A stretch of 64,000 nucleotides of DNA from Tubulanus polymorphus (taxonomy: Eukaryota > Animalia > Nemertea), in the NCBI RefSeq assembly GCF_964204645.1, contig NC_134029.1:15680950-15744949 (forward strand), written 5' to 3'. Shown piece by piece: positions 10,972 to 23,150 of the stretch. Numbering within the stretch: the stretch's first letter is position 1; each line of letters starts with the position of its first letter. The notes below the pieces were generated by a model. The model was given only the letters and a program-made list of their open reading frames with translations, was not told the origin of the DNA and made no database searches. Position numbers and translations under genes: made by a program.

Positions 10972-12309
10972 TTACTTGATATCTTTTGATATCATATTCA
11001 CTAACCCAAAAATAATAGCACTTACAACTGTAATTAAAAATAAAATAATATGTTCAGCAGCAAAGTTAATAATGTTTCCTGCAGATTTCAATATAAAACC
11101 AACAATTGATGCAATAACTCCTGGTAATGCTGCAGCAGATTTCTTTGATAGTTCCCATAAATATTTTGCTAATTTCTTTAAACCATCCTTAACTTTATCT
11201 TGTATAGAATTATTATCATTCGGGGGTTTATCTGGTTTATTGGGAGTAGGAGTAGATTTTAAAGCATTTGATATTGCTAAACCAATTGTTGTAAATAACA
11301 TAGTTACTGCTGTTAGAATTGAAAGAATTGTTATTCCTTCAAACTTAAATAATAATTTTATTCTATCTTTCAATGATATTCTAGAATCTGGTTTTATTAG
11401 ATATCTTTTAAAAACATCTTTTAATCTATCAATATTATAATCATATGATTTTAATAATGATTTAATTTCTTCTTTTTGTAATTCTATGTTATATTCTAAA
11501 TCATCTTTTTCTTTTTCTAAACGTAATTCTTTTTGCCTATATTCTATTTCATCAATTGCTTGACGATCAAGATCAGATTTTATTTTTTCTATTTCTTTAT
11601 TTTTATCAGTTAATTCTTTTTCTAAAGTTCTAATTTTAAAATCTCTTATACTTTTATCATGCATAATTTTATCAGATGCAAGTCTTATACTAATAATCTC
11701 TCTAATTGCTTTATCAGAAAATATATCTAAATCTTCTAATTGTTGATCTGTTGCATCAAGTAATCCCTTCGGTAAAATTTTTTCAGTTTGAACTTCTCTT
11801 GAATTAGGTCTACTAGTTTTGGAAGTTATATTCTGTTCAGAACTTGTTTCTGGTTCTAAATTATTATCGATTGTTTCAAATAATTCATTAATTCTTTGTT
11901 TAAATACTCTTTCATTTTTAATAATTTCTTGTGTTACATCTTCTATTTCATTACTATTTCTTATTCTTTTAATTCTAGATAGGTCTAACTTAAGCAAAGT
12001 TCTATCATTTATATTATATCCAGATTTTTCAAATATAGGTTTGAAATTATAAATATATTCATTATATTCTAAATTTTTCTTTAATAAATCTGGATTTTCA
12101 TTTTCAGGATCTATTCTCGATTCAGCTCCTTTAATATATTCATTTGTTGATGGGGCTTTAGAACCACTATCTGCTAAATTAGAATTATATGCTGATTCAT
12201 TACCATCATCAATATTAGTTTCTGCATCATTATAATCATCATCAATATATCCCTCATTATTATTTCCCATTTCTCCCATTTCATAATCTTCTCCACCTTC
12301 TACATCCAT
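10972..12309 (-). CDS. Polinton coiled-coil protein with C-terminal hydrophobic/amphipathic helices (putative membrane-active virion protein)
   Basis: Intact 445-aa ORF: acidic N-terminus, coiled coil, then ITILSILTAVTMLFTTIGLAI and ALPGVIASIVGFIL..IILFLITVVSAIIFGLV; directly upstream of MCP. Confidence 0.7.
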   Translation of the reverse strand: MDVEGGEDYEMGEMGNNNEGYIDDDYNDAETNIDDGNESAYNSNLADSGSKAPSTNEYIKGAESRIDPENENPDLLKKNLEYNEYIYNFKPIFEKSGYNINDRTLLKLDLSRIKRIRNSNEIEDVTQEIIKNERVFKQRINELFETIDNNLEPETSSEQNITSKTSRPNSREVQTEKILPKGLLDATDQQLEDLDIFSDKAIREIISIRLASDKIMHDKSIRDFKIRTLEKELTDKNKEIEKIKSDLDRQAIDEIEYRQKELRLEKEKDDLEYNIELQKEEIKSLLKSYDYNIDRLKDVFKRYLIKPDSRISLKDRIKLLFKFEGITILSILTAVTMLFTTIGLAISNALKSTPTPNKPDKPPNDNNSIQDKVKDGLKKLAKYLWELSKKSAAALPGVIASIVGFILKSAGNIINFAAEHIILFLITVVSAIIFGLVNMISKDIK

Positions 12310-12325
12310 TTACATAATAAAAAAT

Positions 12326-13711
12326 TTAAAATTTAATATATAATATTCCTCCGATTACAATTCCTATACAAGTTATAGCTAATTTAGCATTTTCATGGGA
12401 TTTATTATCATCATTTAGTTTAATTATATCATGTTGAATATTATCAGTTTTAATATTTTCTGATGTATTATAATCCGGTTTAGAATCATTATTTAATTTA
12501 ATATTCTTAGTTTTAGTTTCTGTTGATTGAATGTGTTTTTTATTTTTTTCGCATTAATTTTGGAGCAGTAATTATCTTTTTATTTATATCATTCAATCCA
12601 AATGAATTATTAATTGTTGCACTTTTAATTAGATTATTGTAACCAATTATGTTTCCCATCTTTAATACTAAATCATTAGAAATAATTAATAGATTAGGGC
12701 CTATACAATAATTTAATCTAATATGTGATTTATCTAAATAATTTTGATATCTAACAATGTTTTCTGGAATCGATCTATTTGTATCATTATGTATGGAATC
12801 TTCAAATAAAACTTTAAATTGTTTTTGTGTATCGAATGATGTCTTCAAATTTCCAATTATCGGGGATCTTGTTTCAACTTGTGCGCCTAGAATACATATC
12901 AAATAAGTTCTAATAGATTGATTTATTCTTTCTATACCTGATTTAGTAAAACCTTCACTATTTTCTAAAATGAAATAAACCCAACCATTATTGTTTTCTT
13001 GTTTTAAATGATAATAAAATTTCGGTAATTTATTGAAATTTAATGTTTCTAAATCCTTTGTTTCTATTTTACCATAACCTAATTTATTATTATAGATATT
13101 ATAAAAACTATTAGATGGTATGGGAAGTGCACAATATTCTGCAATCTTTTTAGGGCAAGGAAGTGATCTTATTGTTCCAATTTTTGTTCTAAAATCAGAA
13201 TTATTTATATCTATATTAAATTCATTACAAATTTTATAAAACTTTGATAAATTAATATAATTATCTAATTCTTTAAAATATCTAGATCCTGGTAAAGCGC
13301 ACTCTAATTCATTTAATATTATTCTGATTTGAAAGTATGTATGAAATCTAAAAAACTTTGAATTAATTTATATTTAGAATTATTCAAATGATCATTCCAA
13401 CTAATTCCACAACCTGTTGTTGCACAATAAACAGCAAAATTTAATTGGTTCTGCCAAAACTTCATATAAGATTTTTATAACCATTGTTTTTCATCTTTCA
13501 ATTTTTTAAAATTAATTAAATATACATGAAATATATTTTCCATCATTGCATTAAAATTATTAGTTTCAGTAACATAAATTTCTAAATTAGTTAATGAATC
13601 TAAAACTTCATTTCTATATGTAATATCTTTATTAAAATCTTTTTCTGGAATATTATATTTAATTGATTTATTATATTGGAAAGCTTTTTGAAAACTATCA
13701 ATTTCTACCAT
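12326..13711 (-). pseudogene. Conserved Polinton gene of unknown function with C-terminal membrane anchor (frameshifted)
   Basis: Fragments 13475-13711 and 12540-12902 plus intervening WQNQLNFAVYCATTGCGISW; collinear with the less damaged homolog at 62437-63739. Confidence 0.75.
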
Positions 13712-13727
13712 TTATATAATAAAAAAA

Positions 13728-14163
13728 TTAATAATTTATTAATTCTTTTAATAATTCATCTTGTTCTTCAACTGTTATATGGCCATTTAAACTTATTATA
13801 TAATCTAGTGTATTCTTTAATTTATTAATTTCTTTTATATTAGTTTTAATTTTTTCTTTATTACTTTTTATATTTAATGTTGAACTTATACCAGTTAAAA
13901 CACTTGAACTTAATCCTAATACACCAATTGATATAGCTAAAGGTGTTAATGGACTGAATATTGCTAGAAATGTTATTACAGAACTAATTGTAACCGAACC
14001 ACTTATAATCAAATAATATATAATTTTACTTTTTAAATATTTTTTTCTTTTTAACCTTTAAATCACTTTCAAATTCTTATATTTGTTTTTCGAAATATGT
14101 TTTTAATTTAGTTTTATTTATATCATGAGGAATAATATCAATATTATCAACTTTATCTTCCAT
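13728..14163 (-). pseudogene. Small two-TM Polinton protein (frameshift near 14045)
   Basis: ATG at 14163 in TAAATG context; the 94-aa ORF holds two hydrophobic segments; homolog at 63756-64000. Confidence 0.6.
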
Positions 14164-14247
14164 TTATTTAGCAAAAAAAATTACTAATTAGTAAATTTAT
14201 ATGCTACAAGTATAACAATAACTGTTCCACCTAAAATCCAAATTATT

Positions 14248-14604
14248 TCATATTTCAATTTCTTTACTTGGAGTATAATAATCTGATAATTTGGGTTTGT
14301 ATAGATGTAATTTTTCTTTATTTGTTACCGCGTTATATAAACTCATTGCATCATCAACTGATTGATAATCTCTATGTGAAATCTTCTGATCATATAATTC
14401 TTTGTTAATATAATCCATATAATTTTGCCTCTTTTCTCTATATTCTTCTGCTGCTTTATTGTATTTCTCTAATGCTAAGTTATGTCTTCTTTGTTCTCCT
14501 AATGAACTATTTTTATCAATATGCTTAAATGAATAACCGCCACCAGTAAATGCTAAAGCGTTAACAAATGCCGATCCTATAATAGTTATAATTGCAGAAG
14601 CCAT
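14248..14604 (-). CDS. Small Polinton protein with hydrophobic N-terminus and helical body
   Basis: 118-aa ORF MASAIITIIGSAFVNALAFTGGGY...EQRRHNLALEKY, TAAATG start. Confidence 0.7.
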   Translation of the reverse strand: MASAIITIIGSAFVNALAFTGGGYSFKHIDKNSSLGEQRRHNLALEKYNKAAEEYREKRQNYMDYINKELYDQKISHRDYQSVDDAMSLYNAVTNKEKLHLYKPKLSDYYTPSKEIEI

Positions 14605-14677
14605 TTATTTAGCAAAATAATTGCGCATTTATATGGGAGGAATATATTTTTGTTTTTCTAAATAATCAATAGTTAAA

Positions 14678-14851
14678 TTAGATTAAAGTAACTGCTAATG
14701 TTAACTTTAAAATATCATTTATATCAAATCTATCAACATTAACACTTCCCATTTTAAATACTTTTTTTAATACCATTGAATAACCAACAGTTCCAACTGA
14801 TAGTAATGCGCCATTATATAATCCAGTTATTATCCACTTATTATCACTCAT
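14678..14851 (-). CDS. Small hydrophobic Polinton protein (57 aa as read, probably truncated by a frameshift)
   Basis: Manual translation MSDNKWIITGLYNGALLSVGTVGYSMVLKKVFKMG...; TAAATG start; below the ORF-track cutoff. Confidence 0.55.
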   Translation of the reverse strand: MSDNKWIITGLYNGALLSVGTVGYSMVLKKVFKMGSVNVDRFDINDILKLTLAVTLI

Positions 14852-15002
14852 TTATTTATCAAAAAAATTACTCAAAAATTCATCAAAATATTTAGTTATC
14901 TTATTTATGATTAATTCAACATTTATTTCATTACTAGTTTCATTTGTATATATTTCAATTATTATTTTTTTAATATCATCGATGATAAAATCTTCATCTA
15001 AT

Positions 15003-15215
15003 TCATAAAATCTTAAAAGATTCTCTAATTAAATTAGTAATCTTTTCTACATTTAAAGTTTCTTTATCCATTGTTGTTTCATACTCAAATGTTGTTTCAT
15101 TAGAAAATGTAATATTTTTAATATGTGTAATTACATCATTAACGTTAAATTTCATTTCTTTCTCATGTTTAAAATCAAACCCAAAACATATACTCGGTCC
15201 AACAGTTATATTCAT
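15003..15215 (-). CDS. Hypothetical Polinton protein (possibly truncated)
   Basis: 70-aa ORF with TAAATG start inside the gene array. Confidence 0.5.
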   Translation of the reverse strand: MNITVGPSICFGFDFKHEKEMKFNVNDVITHIKNITFSNETTFEYETTMDKETLNVEKITNLIRESFKIL

Positions 15216-15231
15216 TTATATAGTGAAAAAC

Positions 15232-15985
15232 TTACTCTTTACATCCTATAACTAATTCATATATCACAGGAAAGTTATTCAAATCAATTAAATAACCATT
15301 ATGATTTCTTATTTCTAATCTAAAATTATTAAGTTTAGGAATGCAAGGTTTAAAATCACATTCTGTTAAATTATAATTTATTTGTGTTCCAAATTGTTTA
15401 ACATTTTTTAGCGGTAAAATATTTAGTATACTAGAACTACAAATTGTTTCTTTAGTTGCTTCGAAAGTTTTTGTAGGCTCGATTAAATTGCAATAAATAT
15501 GAAAGTGTGTAAAAGGTATTATATTTGAGCTGCCTTCTGCGTTTCCAGTAACTGTAAGAGGTTTAATTCCTAACATTTTAGCCAGTGGTTTGTTTACCAT
15601 AAATTTATGTTGTTCATTAGATATCTTTATTCTTATTTTATTAGTACTATCAATTTTATTAAATTTAATTTCAAATACAGAAGCGCCCGATTTTCAACCG
15701 AGCTCTTCTATTAATTTCCTGCGCTAATGATTCTAAATTATATAATCCTGGTTTTAAAAATATTTGAAACCATTTATCTTTATTTCTCATATAAATCATA
15801 AACCCTCTATGTTCAAAAGTTTTATCCGATATATTATGAAAAGAATTACATAAACTTATATTTACTAATTTTAAATAAACACAATTCTTGAATTCTCTAT
15901 CTAATTGAACTAGTAAATTATGTGATTTATAATTTGTAAGCCTTCTAGAATCAACAAATATTCTGTATTCTTTTAATTCTACCAT
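15232..15985 (-). pseudogene. Minor capsid protein (penton, single jelly-roll), split by a frameshift near 15670
   Basis: YRIFVDSR..NSFHNI..KPGLYNLESL..HIYCNLI..ILNILPL..LEIRNHNGYLIDLNNFPVIYELVI pattern typical of Polinton mCP. Confidence 0.8.
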
Positions 15986-15999
15986 TTATGCTACATATT

Positions 16000-16341
16000 T
16001 TATTCGAAATCTATTTCATGGTGCCCTTTTTCATTCTTACCTTTGTATACGAAATAGAAATCTCCAGAACATAATTCTTTATGAAATCTATGAAATCTAT
16101 CCGGTAAATATATTCTGAATTTATATGTATTTCCTTTTAATCCTTCATATTCTAAGTGTATAACTAATTTATCTCCATAGTTATTAGTAACTGTATCAAT
16201 ATTTGTAATTAGATATTTCTTATGGATTGTTAATTCTGTTAACTTTTTGAATTTATAATCTACAGATTTTACATTTGTTATATCTTTTATTCTATCTAGA
16301 AATAATTTGCTGTTCTCACTGTGTGTTTGTTTACTCTCCAT
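16000..16341 (-). CDS. 113-aa Polinton protein, possibly OB-fold/SSB-like
   Basis: Intact ORF downstream of pPolB (FKKLTEL..KYLI..YGDKLVIHL..YLPDRF..FVYKG). Fold assignment is a guess. Homologs lie in both TIRs of the relic at 52690-60884. Confidence 0.6.
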   Translation of the reverse strand: MESKQTHSENSKLFLDRIKDITNVKSVDYKFKKLTELTIHKKYLITNIDTVTNNYGDKLVIHLEYEGLKGNTYKFRIYLPDRFHRFHKELCSGDFYFVYKGKNEKGHHEIDFE

Positions 16342-16370
16342 TTATAATACATATTTTTATTAAAATTTGA

Positions 16371-19300
16371 TTAACACGTTAGAATTCTTTTCATTATCTC
16401 GTTCTCTTTTGTTTCTTCTCTTTTAAATTTTAAGTATTGATCTAAATTACAACCATATGCAACTGTATGAATTCCATCATCTAAAATATATCTTTTATCA
16501 TCAAATGGGTTTAGACTTATCTTTTCAATTTCTTCAATAAACATTTCATGATCTTCAGATCTTAAACATCTCATCTTATGTTTTCTAACTTCTTCATTGA
16601 ATATACAATTGATGTAATCTTTGAAATGAATATTCTTTTCTACTACACTTTTGGTTATTCCTTTTAACTTTTTAGCTTCATGTTCTTTAGTTTTATATGA
16701 ATACATTTTAGATCTAATACCTATGAACTCTATCATTTCTTCACCGCCTAATTCATCCTTAAACTTCCCTGGAACTTTTTTATTATCATTGCTAAACAAT
16801 TCATGATCTTAAGGATAATTACTAAAATCAAAATGATGTTTTAATGTTTTTAAATCATCTGTTATGTTATCAGTTTTTATCTTTAATATGTAACTGTCGG
16901 TATCAAAATATAATATTTCTATATGTTTTTCTCCAAAAAGTGGTTGTAATACATTATAATAGAATTCATACATTAGTAATTTTGATAATTCTAAAACTGA
17001 AGCGCCAACATAGATTGGTTTATTAAATTTCATTGATGTTCTTCTCATCTTAACTGCGGCTAAATTTTCATCAAATATTCTGTCACCAATGAACTTAGGA
17101 TATGATTGTAAATGTCTAATTCTTTTATCATTACTAACTAACTCAATATCATTTCTATTTCTAATATTTTCACAAGTCTTACCATAGAATGCATTGTTCA
17201 TTAACTTGAAGGAATCTTTCTCGAAATCAGTTTTAGCTTCAGTTCTCTGTTTGGTGTTTGGTAAAATCTATATATTTTTCTAACCACTTAGATTGACTGA
17301 ATGAAATATATCTATGTACTTTTTTTAGAACCATTCCTTGTTTTAGATAAAACTTCAACATTCTATAATGTACTACATAATTATATTTATCTTCTTGAGT
17401 TACCATTAACTTTTCTGTATGAATATGATTTTCGGGTTTAATTCTTTTTTGGTAATTTGATAATTCTTCATGAGTAACAGTTTTATGTTAGGACAGTTTT
17501 TTTGTTAGGACAGTATGCTAGATTTCTAGATTTAAATTTTTTATCTTCAGGATATTCTAAATCTACAACAAAGAAGTAACCAGTATCTGAATCATCTGCA
17601 ATATCTAGAATTCTTTTCTTCCAATCAAATTTATCATTATTTTCATTCTGTAAAACTTCAGTTAATTCAAATACTCCATAAGGTTGTGGTTCCATCATTG
17701 CCCAACCATACAAATTATTTGCATCTATATATAATAACTTATATCCAGGGTTATCATTTACATTGAAATATCTATCACCTAATACACCTGAAACTCCTCC
17801 TCTTATAGATTTTTCAAATAATAGTAATTGATCTATATTTGTTAACAAATCCATTTTTATATCTGTAAATTTTAATCCACAATCCCATGTTAAACCTGGA
17901 CTAGAATAACAATGACATGGATCAATGTTAAAATATTTTAGGTTTACATCTCTAAACCTTTCAAATATATCGGTTAAAAATAATACATCTGATTTTAGAT
18001 ATGAATCTACTAATTGTCCATGATTTTCTATTTTGAAATGATTCCAAATACTCAATGTTCTATTATATACTTCATCTTTAACATATTCATTTTTTAATTC
18101 ATCATAGAATTGTTCTTTCAATAATTCAGTTATGTTAAAATCATTATGATTTTTATAGAAAGAATATGGAATTGCGCCTTTATATCTCATTAATTGAAAA
18201 TCATCATTATTTGGATAGTGTTGCTTTAATATTTTAAATTCATCATCAACTAATGATTTTGATAAGTAATCTAATGAACTATTTAAAAATCTATATGAAT
18301 CTATAAATCTTAGGCAACCAAATTGGAATGATATATAATTCTCAGATGTTTTAGCTAACATTCTAAATTTATAAGTTGGTATTTTATCTTTTGATCTATT
18401 TGAATTTAATCTTTCTATTTCATTATTGATTTCTTCTATTTTATGGCATAACTGTTTGATAAATAAATGTGCATCATATCCTGATAGATTATGAAATATA
18501 ACTGGTACAAAATTAATTTTCTTAGCTTGCAAATTGCAATTCTCATGCGCAGCGCCTCTAAACTTTCCATTCAAATGATCATGGTCTCTTACTTTTTTAT
18601 CTTTATAATTAAATATCTTTTCACAATAATAACATTTATCTGCAAACGCAAATGCTTCTTTATCTTCTTCTGTCATTATAATTTCTATATTTGTATTCAA
18701 TAATTTACTAAATCTTATTTCATATTCAATTAATAAGTCACAAAAATGATTGATAACATTTTCATTTCTATAATGATAATATTCACTTTTGATTAGTTCT
18801 GGATAATCAGATTTTATATATAACCCGAAAGCAGCAGCTGATTGATGAATCTTTTTAATAGTATTTGTTTTTGGTGGTTCATCTGAAAAATCATTTTCAT
18901 TAGAATTTAATTTCTTTCTTTTATAATATATTTCTTTTCTATCTTGATCAGTTAATTCTTTATTTAATGATTCAAAATCTCCATATATTACAAATGGTAC
19001 TTTATTTTTGTAATCATATTTTTTGAATTCTAATATTTTATCTTTTTCATTTGGTAAAACTAATTTACAATAATCATGATTTTCACATAATTGTTTATGA
19101 TTTAATAATGCACTTTCAGTTCTGGATTTATGTAAACATTTTCTACATAGATATATTTTATTATCAAAATCATTTTCTGATTTGAAAAATAAATCAATTC
19201 TTATAATCCACATATAATGATTCTCATAATATAATATATCTATAACATCATTTGAATCATAATCTTTTGATAGATATAAAGGTTCTAATGTATAATGTTT

Positions 19301-20431
19301 TATATTGTTACCTTTTGTATTTGGCAATTTTATTAAATCAAATACATTTATTTTTAGATTATTATCTCTTTCTATTTTTGGGACGTTTTTAATTATAACA
19401 GGATACTTATCTATCTTATAATTATTTTCAAATGGTTTATAATGAGTTAATCTACAAATATTATAAGTTGCAGGATGTAAGCAACTAATTATTGACCATA
19501 GAAAACATTTATCATCAGAATTTTGTACATTTATAACAGCATTAGTTTTGTTTGGTAATTTGATATAACTTGATCCGTTAATATTATCATCTTTATGATA
19601 TGATGAATTATTTTCATCAATTGGTTTTGATTTAGTTAACTTATTAACTTATTATTTTGTGTTATAAACATGTAAAGTCATAAATATTATTTCATCAAAT
19701 ATTAAACTAGATCCTTCAAATTATTTCTCTTCTATTTTAGTTTTTACTTCATTATAACATTTATCTAATTTATCATCTATATGTTGTTTAGATATGATAT
19801 GTTGTGAATGAGAATTTATATTATATATTGGTTTATCTTCAGATTTTATAAACTTTACTTTAACTGATATACTAATTTTAGGGTATTCAACATCTGTAAT
19901 TATTTTTATAATATTTTTCATATTTTCTAAATGTTTTTTATTTTCTTCTAATGTTTTTCCTTTATGAAATTTAAACTCAATAGCTGCTGGGCCAATATCA
20001 CTTTTAAATGCTTCGGTTATCTCTATATCTTTTTTATTATCCAATAAATTAATATATTTTCTTACATCTTCCATGTATGGTCTTTTATTGTTTAATTCAT
20101 TTCTTATTCTTTTAATTGTCTTCTGTTTCTTATCATTATCTTTATCAAAATAATCTTCACCTAAAATATCATTATTCTTATTTCTAATATGACTTTTAGA
20201 TTTTAAATGTTCATTATAATATCTTTTATCACTGAACGATTGATTACATGTATCACATTTGTATGTTTCTTTTTCATTCTTTAATTCATCTAATTTAGTT
20301 TCTAATATAACATCTTTATATTCTAGTTTCAATTTATTCTCTAAATGTGTTTTAGTTTTATTGTGTCTTGCTTTTTGGGATTTATCTATATTGATTTTAC
20401 ATGTTGGGCAGTAGTACTTATTTGCTTCCAT
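16371..20431 (-). pseudogene. polB: Protein-primed family B DNA polymerase (N-terminal Zn fingers, OTU-like region, EndoVII-like insert, exonuclease, polymerase), several stops/frameshifts
   Basis: ExoI VIYGDFES, ExoII FHNLSGYD, ExoIII YLKSDV, motif A YIDANNLYGWAM, motif B MNNAFYGK, motif C YFDTDS, EndoVII-like CYYC..RDHDHLNGKFRGAAHENCN, and NVQNSDDKCFLWSI. Confidence 0.95.
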
Positions 20432-20949
20432 TTTAATACAAATTTTTTTTTTAAATTGATTTTAGAAGTTCAATGATATATAGGTTCAAATAGAATCATG
20501 TTCTAGTATAAACAGCTATGCATTATTTCAATCACACTTTAATAATATTTTAAGAGTAATAGGGGTTTAGTTGGTTCAGGTTAAAGGTTGAATGGTCGAC
20601 TTCATTAAAAACAAATATTAAAAGTAATTTAAAACTATAATATATTTTCATAACCGTGTGTACTTCAGTTGAATAATAGAATAATTATTATTATTTGAAT
20701 ATATTCGATTATATGAATTTGTGTATTGTAAATAAATCAATTGGTCGCGGAGCGGAGCGGCAGCGAAGTGGAGATTTAATACAATATGCTTTTTAAATGA
20801 TTGATATCTTAGAATAAATATTTAGTTATAATATAAAATGTACACGGTTATGAAAATATATTATAGTTTTAAATTACTTTTAATGTTTTGTTTTTTGAAT
20901 GAACTCGACCGTTCGACCTTTGATCTGAACCAACTAAACCCCTATTACT
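20318..20949 (-). repeat. Polinton right TIR (internal palindrome 20555-20949; includes pPolB start codon at 20431)
   Basis: Reverse complement of 6200-6820. Confidence 0.93.
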
Positions 20950-21888
20950 GCTGCAACCTCCAACAATCTTATTCGGCACCCCAGTCGTGTATTGGTCGAG
21001 AAAATTAAGACGTTCATCATCGCTGTCAGTATTTGCAACAATTCGCGACATTAACTGCCGCAAAAAACGTCGATACTCTAATGGGTTCCCATCGAATTTA
21101 CGGACATCGATAGTTGGTTTCTTCATATACTTAATGATCGAATCCAAATCCGCCGATTTCATATCAGTATCACGAGCAGGCGTAAATACAGTTGCGCCTG
21201 GATTGAGCGGTGGGTTTACGTCCGCACTGAGTGCCTCAACATCAACACTAAGACGAGACTCTCTTTCGACGCAATCTATTGCTTGACTCCTCGCATTGGT
21301 AGCGTCGATCTCAGTCTGCAACATCAGCGCTTCCTCTTCGAGTTTAAGCTCTAATCTACGACGCTCCAAATTCTGCTTCTTTCTAATCATGGCCAGCTGG
21401 ACATTGAGTCCTGCTTTCATTTGTTCCTCCTTGAGTCTCGCCGACAGTACGGTAGCTGACGAACCAGCCGATCGACGAGACGACCGTGAGACTTTCGATG
21501 ACCGTTGAGATCCTGAATCGGGCGGATTCACGATTGGCGGTTTCAATGATAATTCTGCTATCCGTTTCTCCGCCAGTACCTTGATATCTTTATAATAATC
21601 ATTTTGACTGGTTGCTAAATGATGCTGCTGCTTTTCCTCTTCTGATAACAGAGCAACATACTCTTCATTGGCTTTCAAATAACAATCGTATTCATTTACC
21701 CAAAGCTGGTGCAATGTCTGGAAAGTGGCGTGATCAATTTCTTTCTTACGCAATGTCGTATCGAGATCGTCAGTTTGTTTTCTCAAAACTCGCTCGAGCC
21801 GAATCCGTTCTCTTTCTTTCAATTCCATTTGATAATTTAATCCAGCTTCCGTGAGTTTTCTGACGCGTTGTTTACCATTTTCCATCAT
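20950..21888 (-). pseudogene. gag: BEL/Pao Gag N-terminal part (coiled coil plus DUF1759-like region)
   Basis: ORF 20869..21888 reads Gag up to ...KIVGGCS, then runs into Polinton TIR. Removing the insert and one TSD joins it in frame to YLDSTRAYEAILREFDERYGN at 6193-6130. Confidence 0.88.
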
Positions 21889-23150
21889 TTTTTAATCTAT
21901 TGCCTTATCACGTAATAATGTATTGGGCTTGTCAACGACGAACAAACATAATGCGTTAGCTTCCATTCGTTTTTTATTCAATTTTTATAGCTTACGATTA
22001 CTGAAAATATACAATATTTAAACACTCTTAACAATGAATACTTTACAAAATCAAAGAAATTAGAATAATACGAATATAACATACCGTGATAGTTTGGCTA
22101 TCAAGCCCACACAAAATTGATAAGCCATAGTTCTTCTTCGAACACAGTTTACAGAGTGACTAAATCCAAAATCCCAGAAAACAGGAAATTTTATTAGTAA
22201 AATTCTAGTCTGTGATAGGTTAGAAATGCAATGCTAAATATGAGAATTCACACATGGCATTTATTCTGACATGCCAGATTTTTGAATGGAATAAAGCTAT
22301 ACCAACTCACAGTGAAGTCGACCAAGCACGGAAAAACAAAATACCTGAACAAAACTTTATAAACTAAATCTGCTATTACTAAATTTGAGTGCAACTTTTA
22401 TAAAGGTATTAAAATGCATAGTTACAAAGCCCAAAGGTGAAAAATCTGTTTATTTTGCCCAAAAACTTTGTAAAAAAAATTCCTACCTACCTACCGACTC
22501 ATCCTGAAAAGTTGAGTCGGTGTTGCAGCAAACAGACAATTATTTGGGGATGGCCTTATTTGAATATTTTTTTCATTTTGTGAAACATATTTTTTGAAAA
22601 TATAAAATAGTTTCCCTGCCGCGCCTACCTGTACCCTACAAAATTTTGGACGTGGACCGTAAACAAATGTATATCTTTGGTCTTATTTGACTACAAAATA
22701 ATTCTTTAAGAAAGATAAAATACAATGTAAACTTGTGGAACTTTGAAGTCACGAACTAAAAAGATTTTTCAGGCAATGCCCTTATTCCAAACAACCTCTA
22801 GCTTTCAAGGTAAACCACACTTTGCCCATTGGCAATTTATTTTTCATTTGGTTTCGAATCCCAATATTACAAGTCAGAATTCTACTGCATTGCGCATGCG
22901 TCAACATACTTATACAGGCTAATCTGTGAAAATAACTGTACATTCATGTAGGGGTAACAACAGCATTTTAAGTATTGAGTGAGCTACCTTGTATTACAAA
23001 CACAACTTTTTCGCTCTCGTTGGCCCTACACTGATGTTACTATACTGGTGTCATTATAACATGGATAGGATTGGGTCAGGACTAGCCGTAAATCTAATTC
23101 AGTTTATTCACTTTTCACTCGATATTATTAAAACAATGCAGTATCCCTAA

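Larger units (their letters stand above)
6200..20949. mobile_element. Polinton/Maverick (adintovirus-like endogenous virus), full length with both ends, several genes inactivated
   Basis: Termini AGTAATAGGGG...CCCCTATTACT, 6-bp TSD GCTGCA (6194-6199 and 20950-20955), ~620-bp TIRs, pPolB, integrase, ATPase, MCP and mCP; strongly AT-rich relative to flanks. Confidence 0.97.
2440..21888 (-). mobile_element. Decayed BEL/Pao LTR retrotransposon (gag-pol), interrupted by the Polinton at 6200-20949; 3' end truncated within the integrase region; LTRs not identified
   Basis: Minus-strand domain order: Gag (KFDGNPLEYRRF), three Cys/His knuckles, protease (AFLDPGS), RT (DIESM, YVDD), Pao RNase H (HFSDSSELGYG, WADS), start of integrase Zn-binding region (HIAVGHLG..RKRFWI). 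Many frameshifts. Confidence 0.93.

Noticed and set aside
9135-12052. Plus-strand ORFs 9135-9521, 10976-11440 and 11819-12052
   Set aside because: Antisense shadows of the minus-strand Polinton genes.
20744-20766. GAGCG repeats at the TIR apex as an AAV-like Rep-binding element
   Set aside because: The repeat period differs, it is not present in all TIR copies, and no HUH endonuclease is encoded.
20869-20949. C-terminal tails of the 339-aa Gag ORF and of the 30117-30779 transposase ORF as real fusion proteins
   Set aside because: Both are read-through into inserted Polinton-type termini, which explains their similar endings.
21889-22400. 5' LTR/PBS of the BEL element
   Set aside because: No matching second LTR in the window and no clear PBS, so boundaries cannot be supported.
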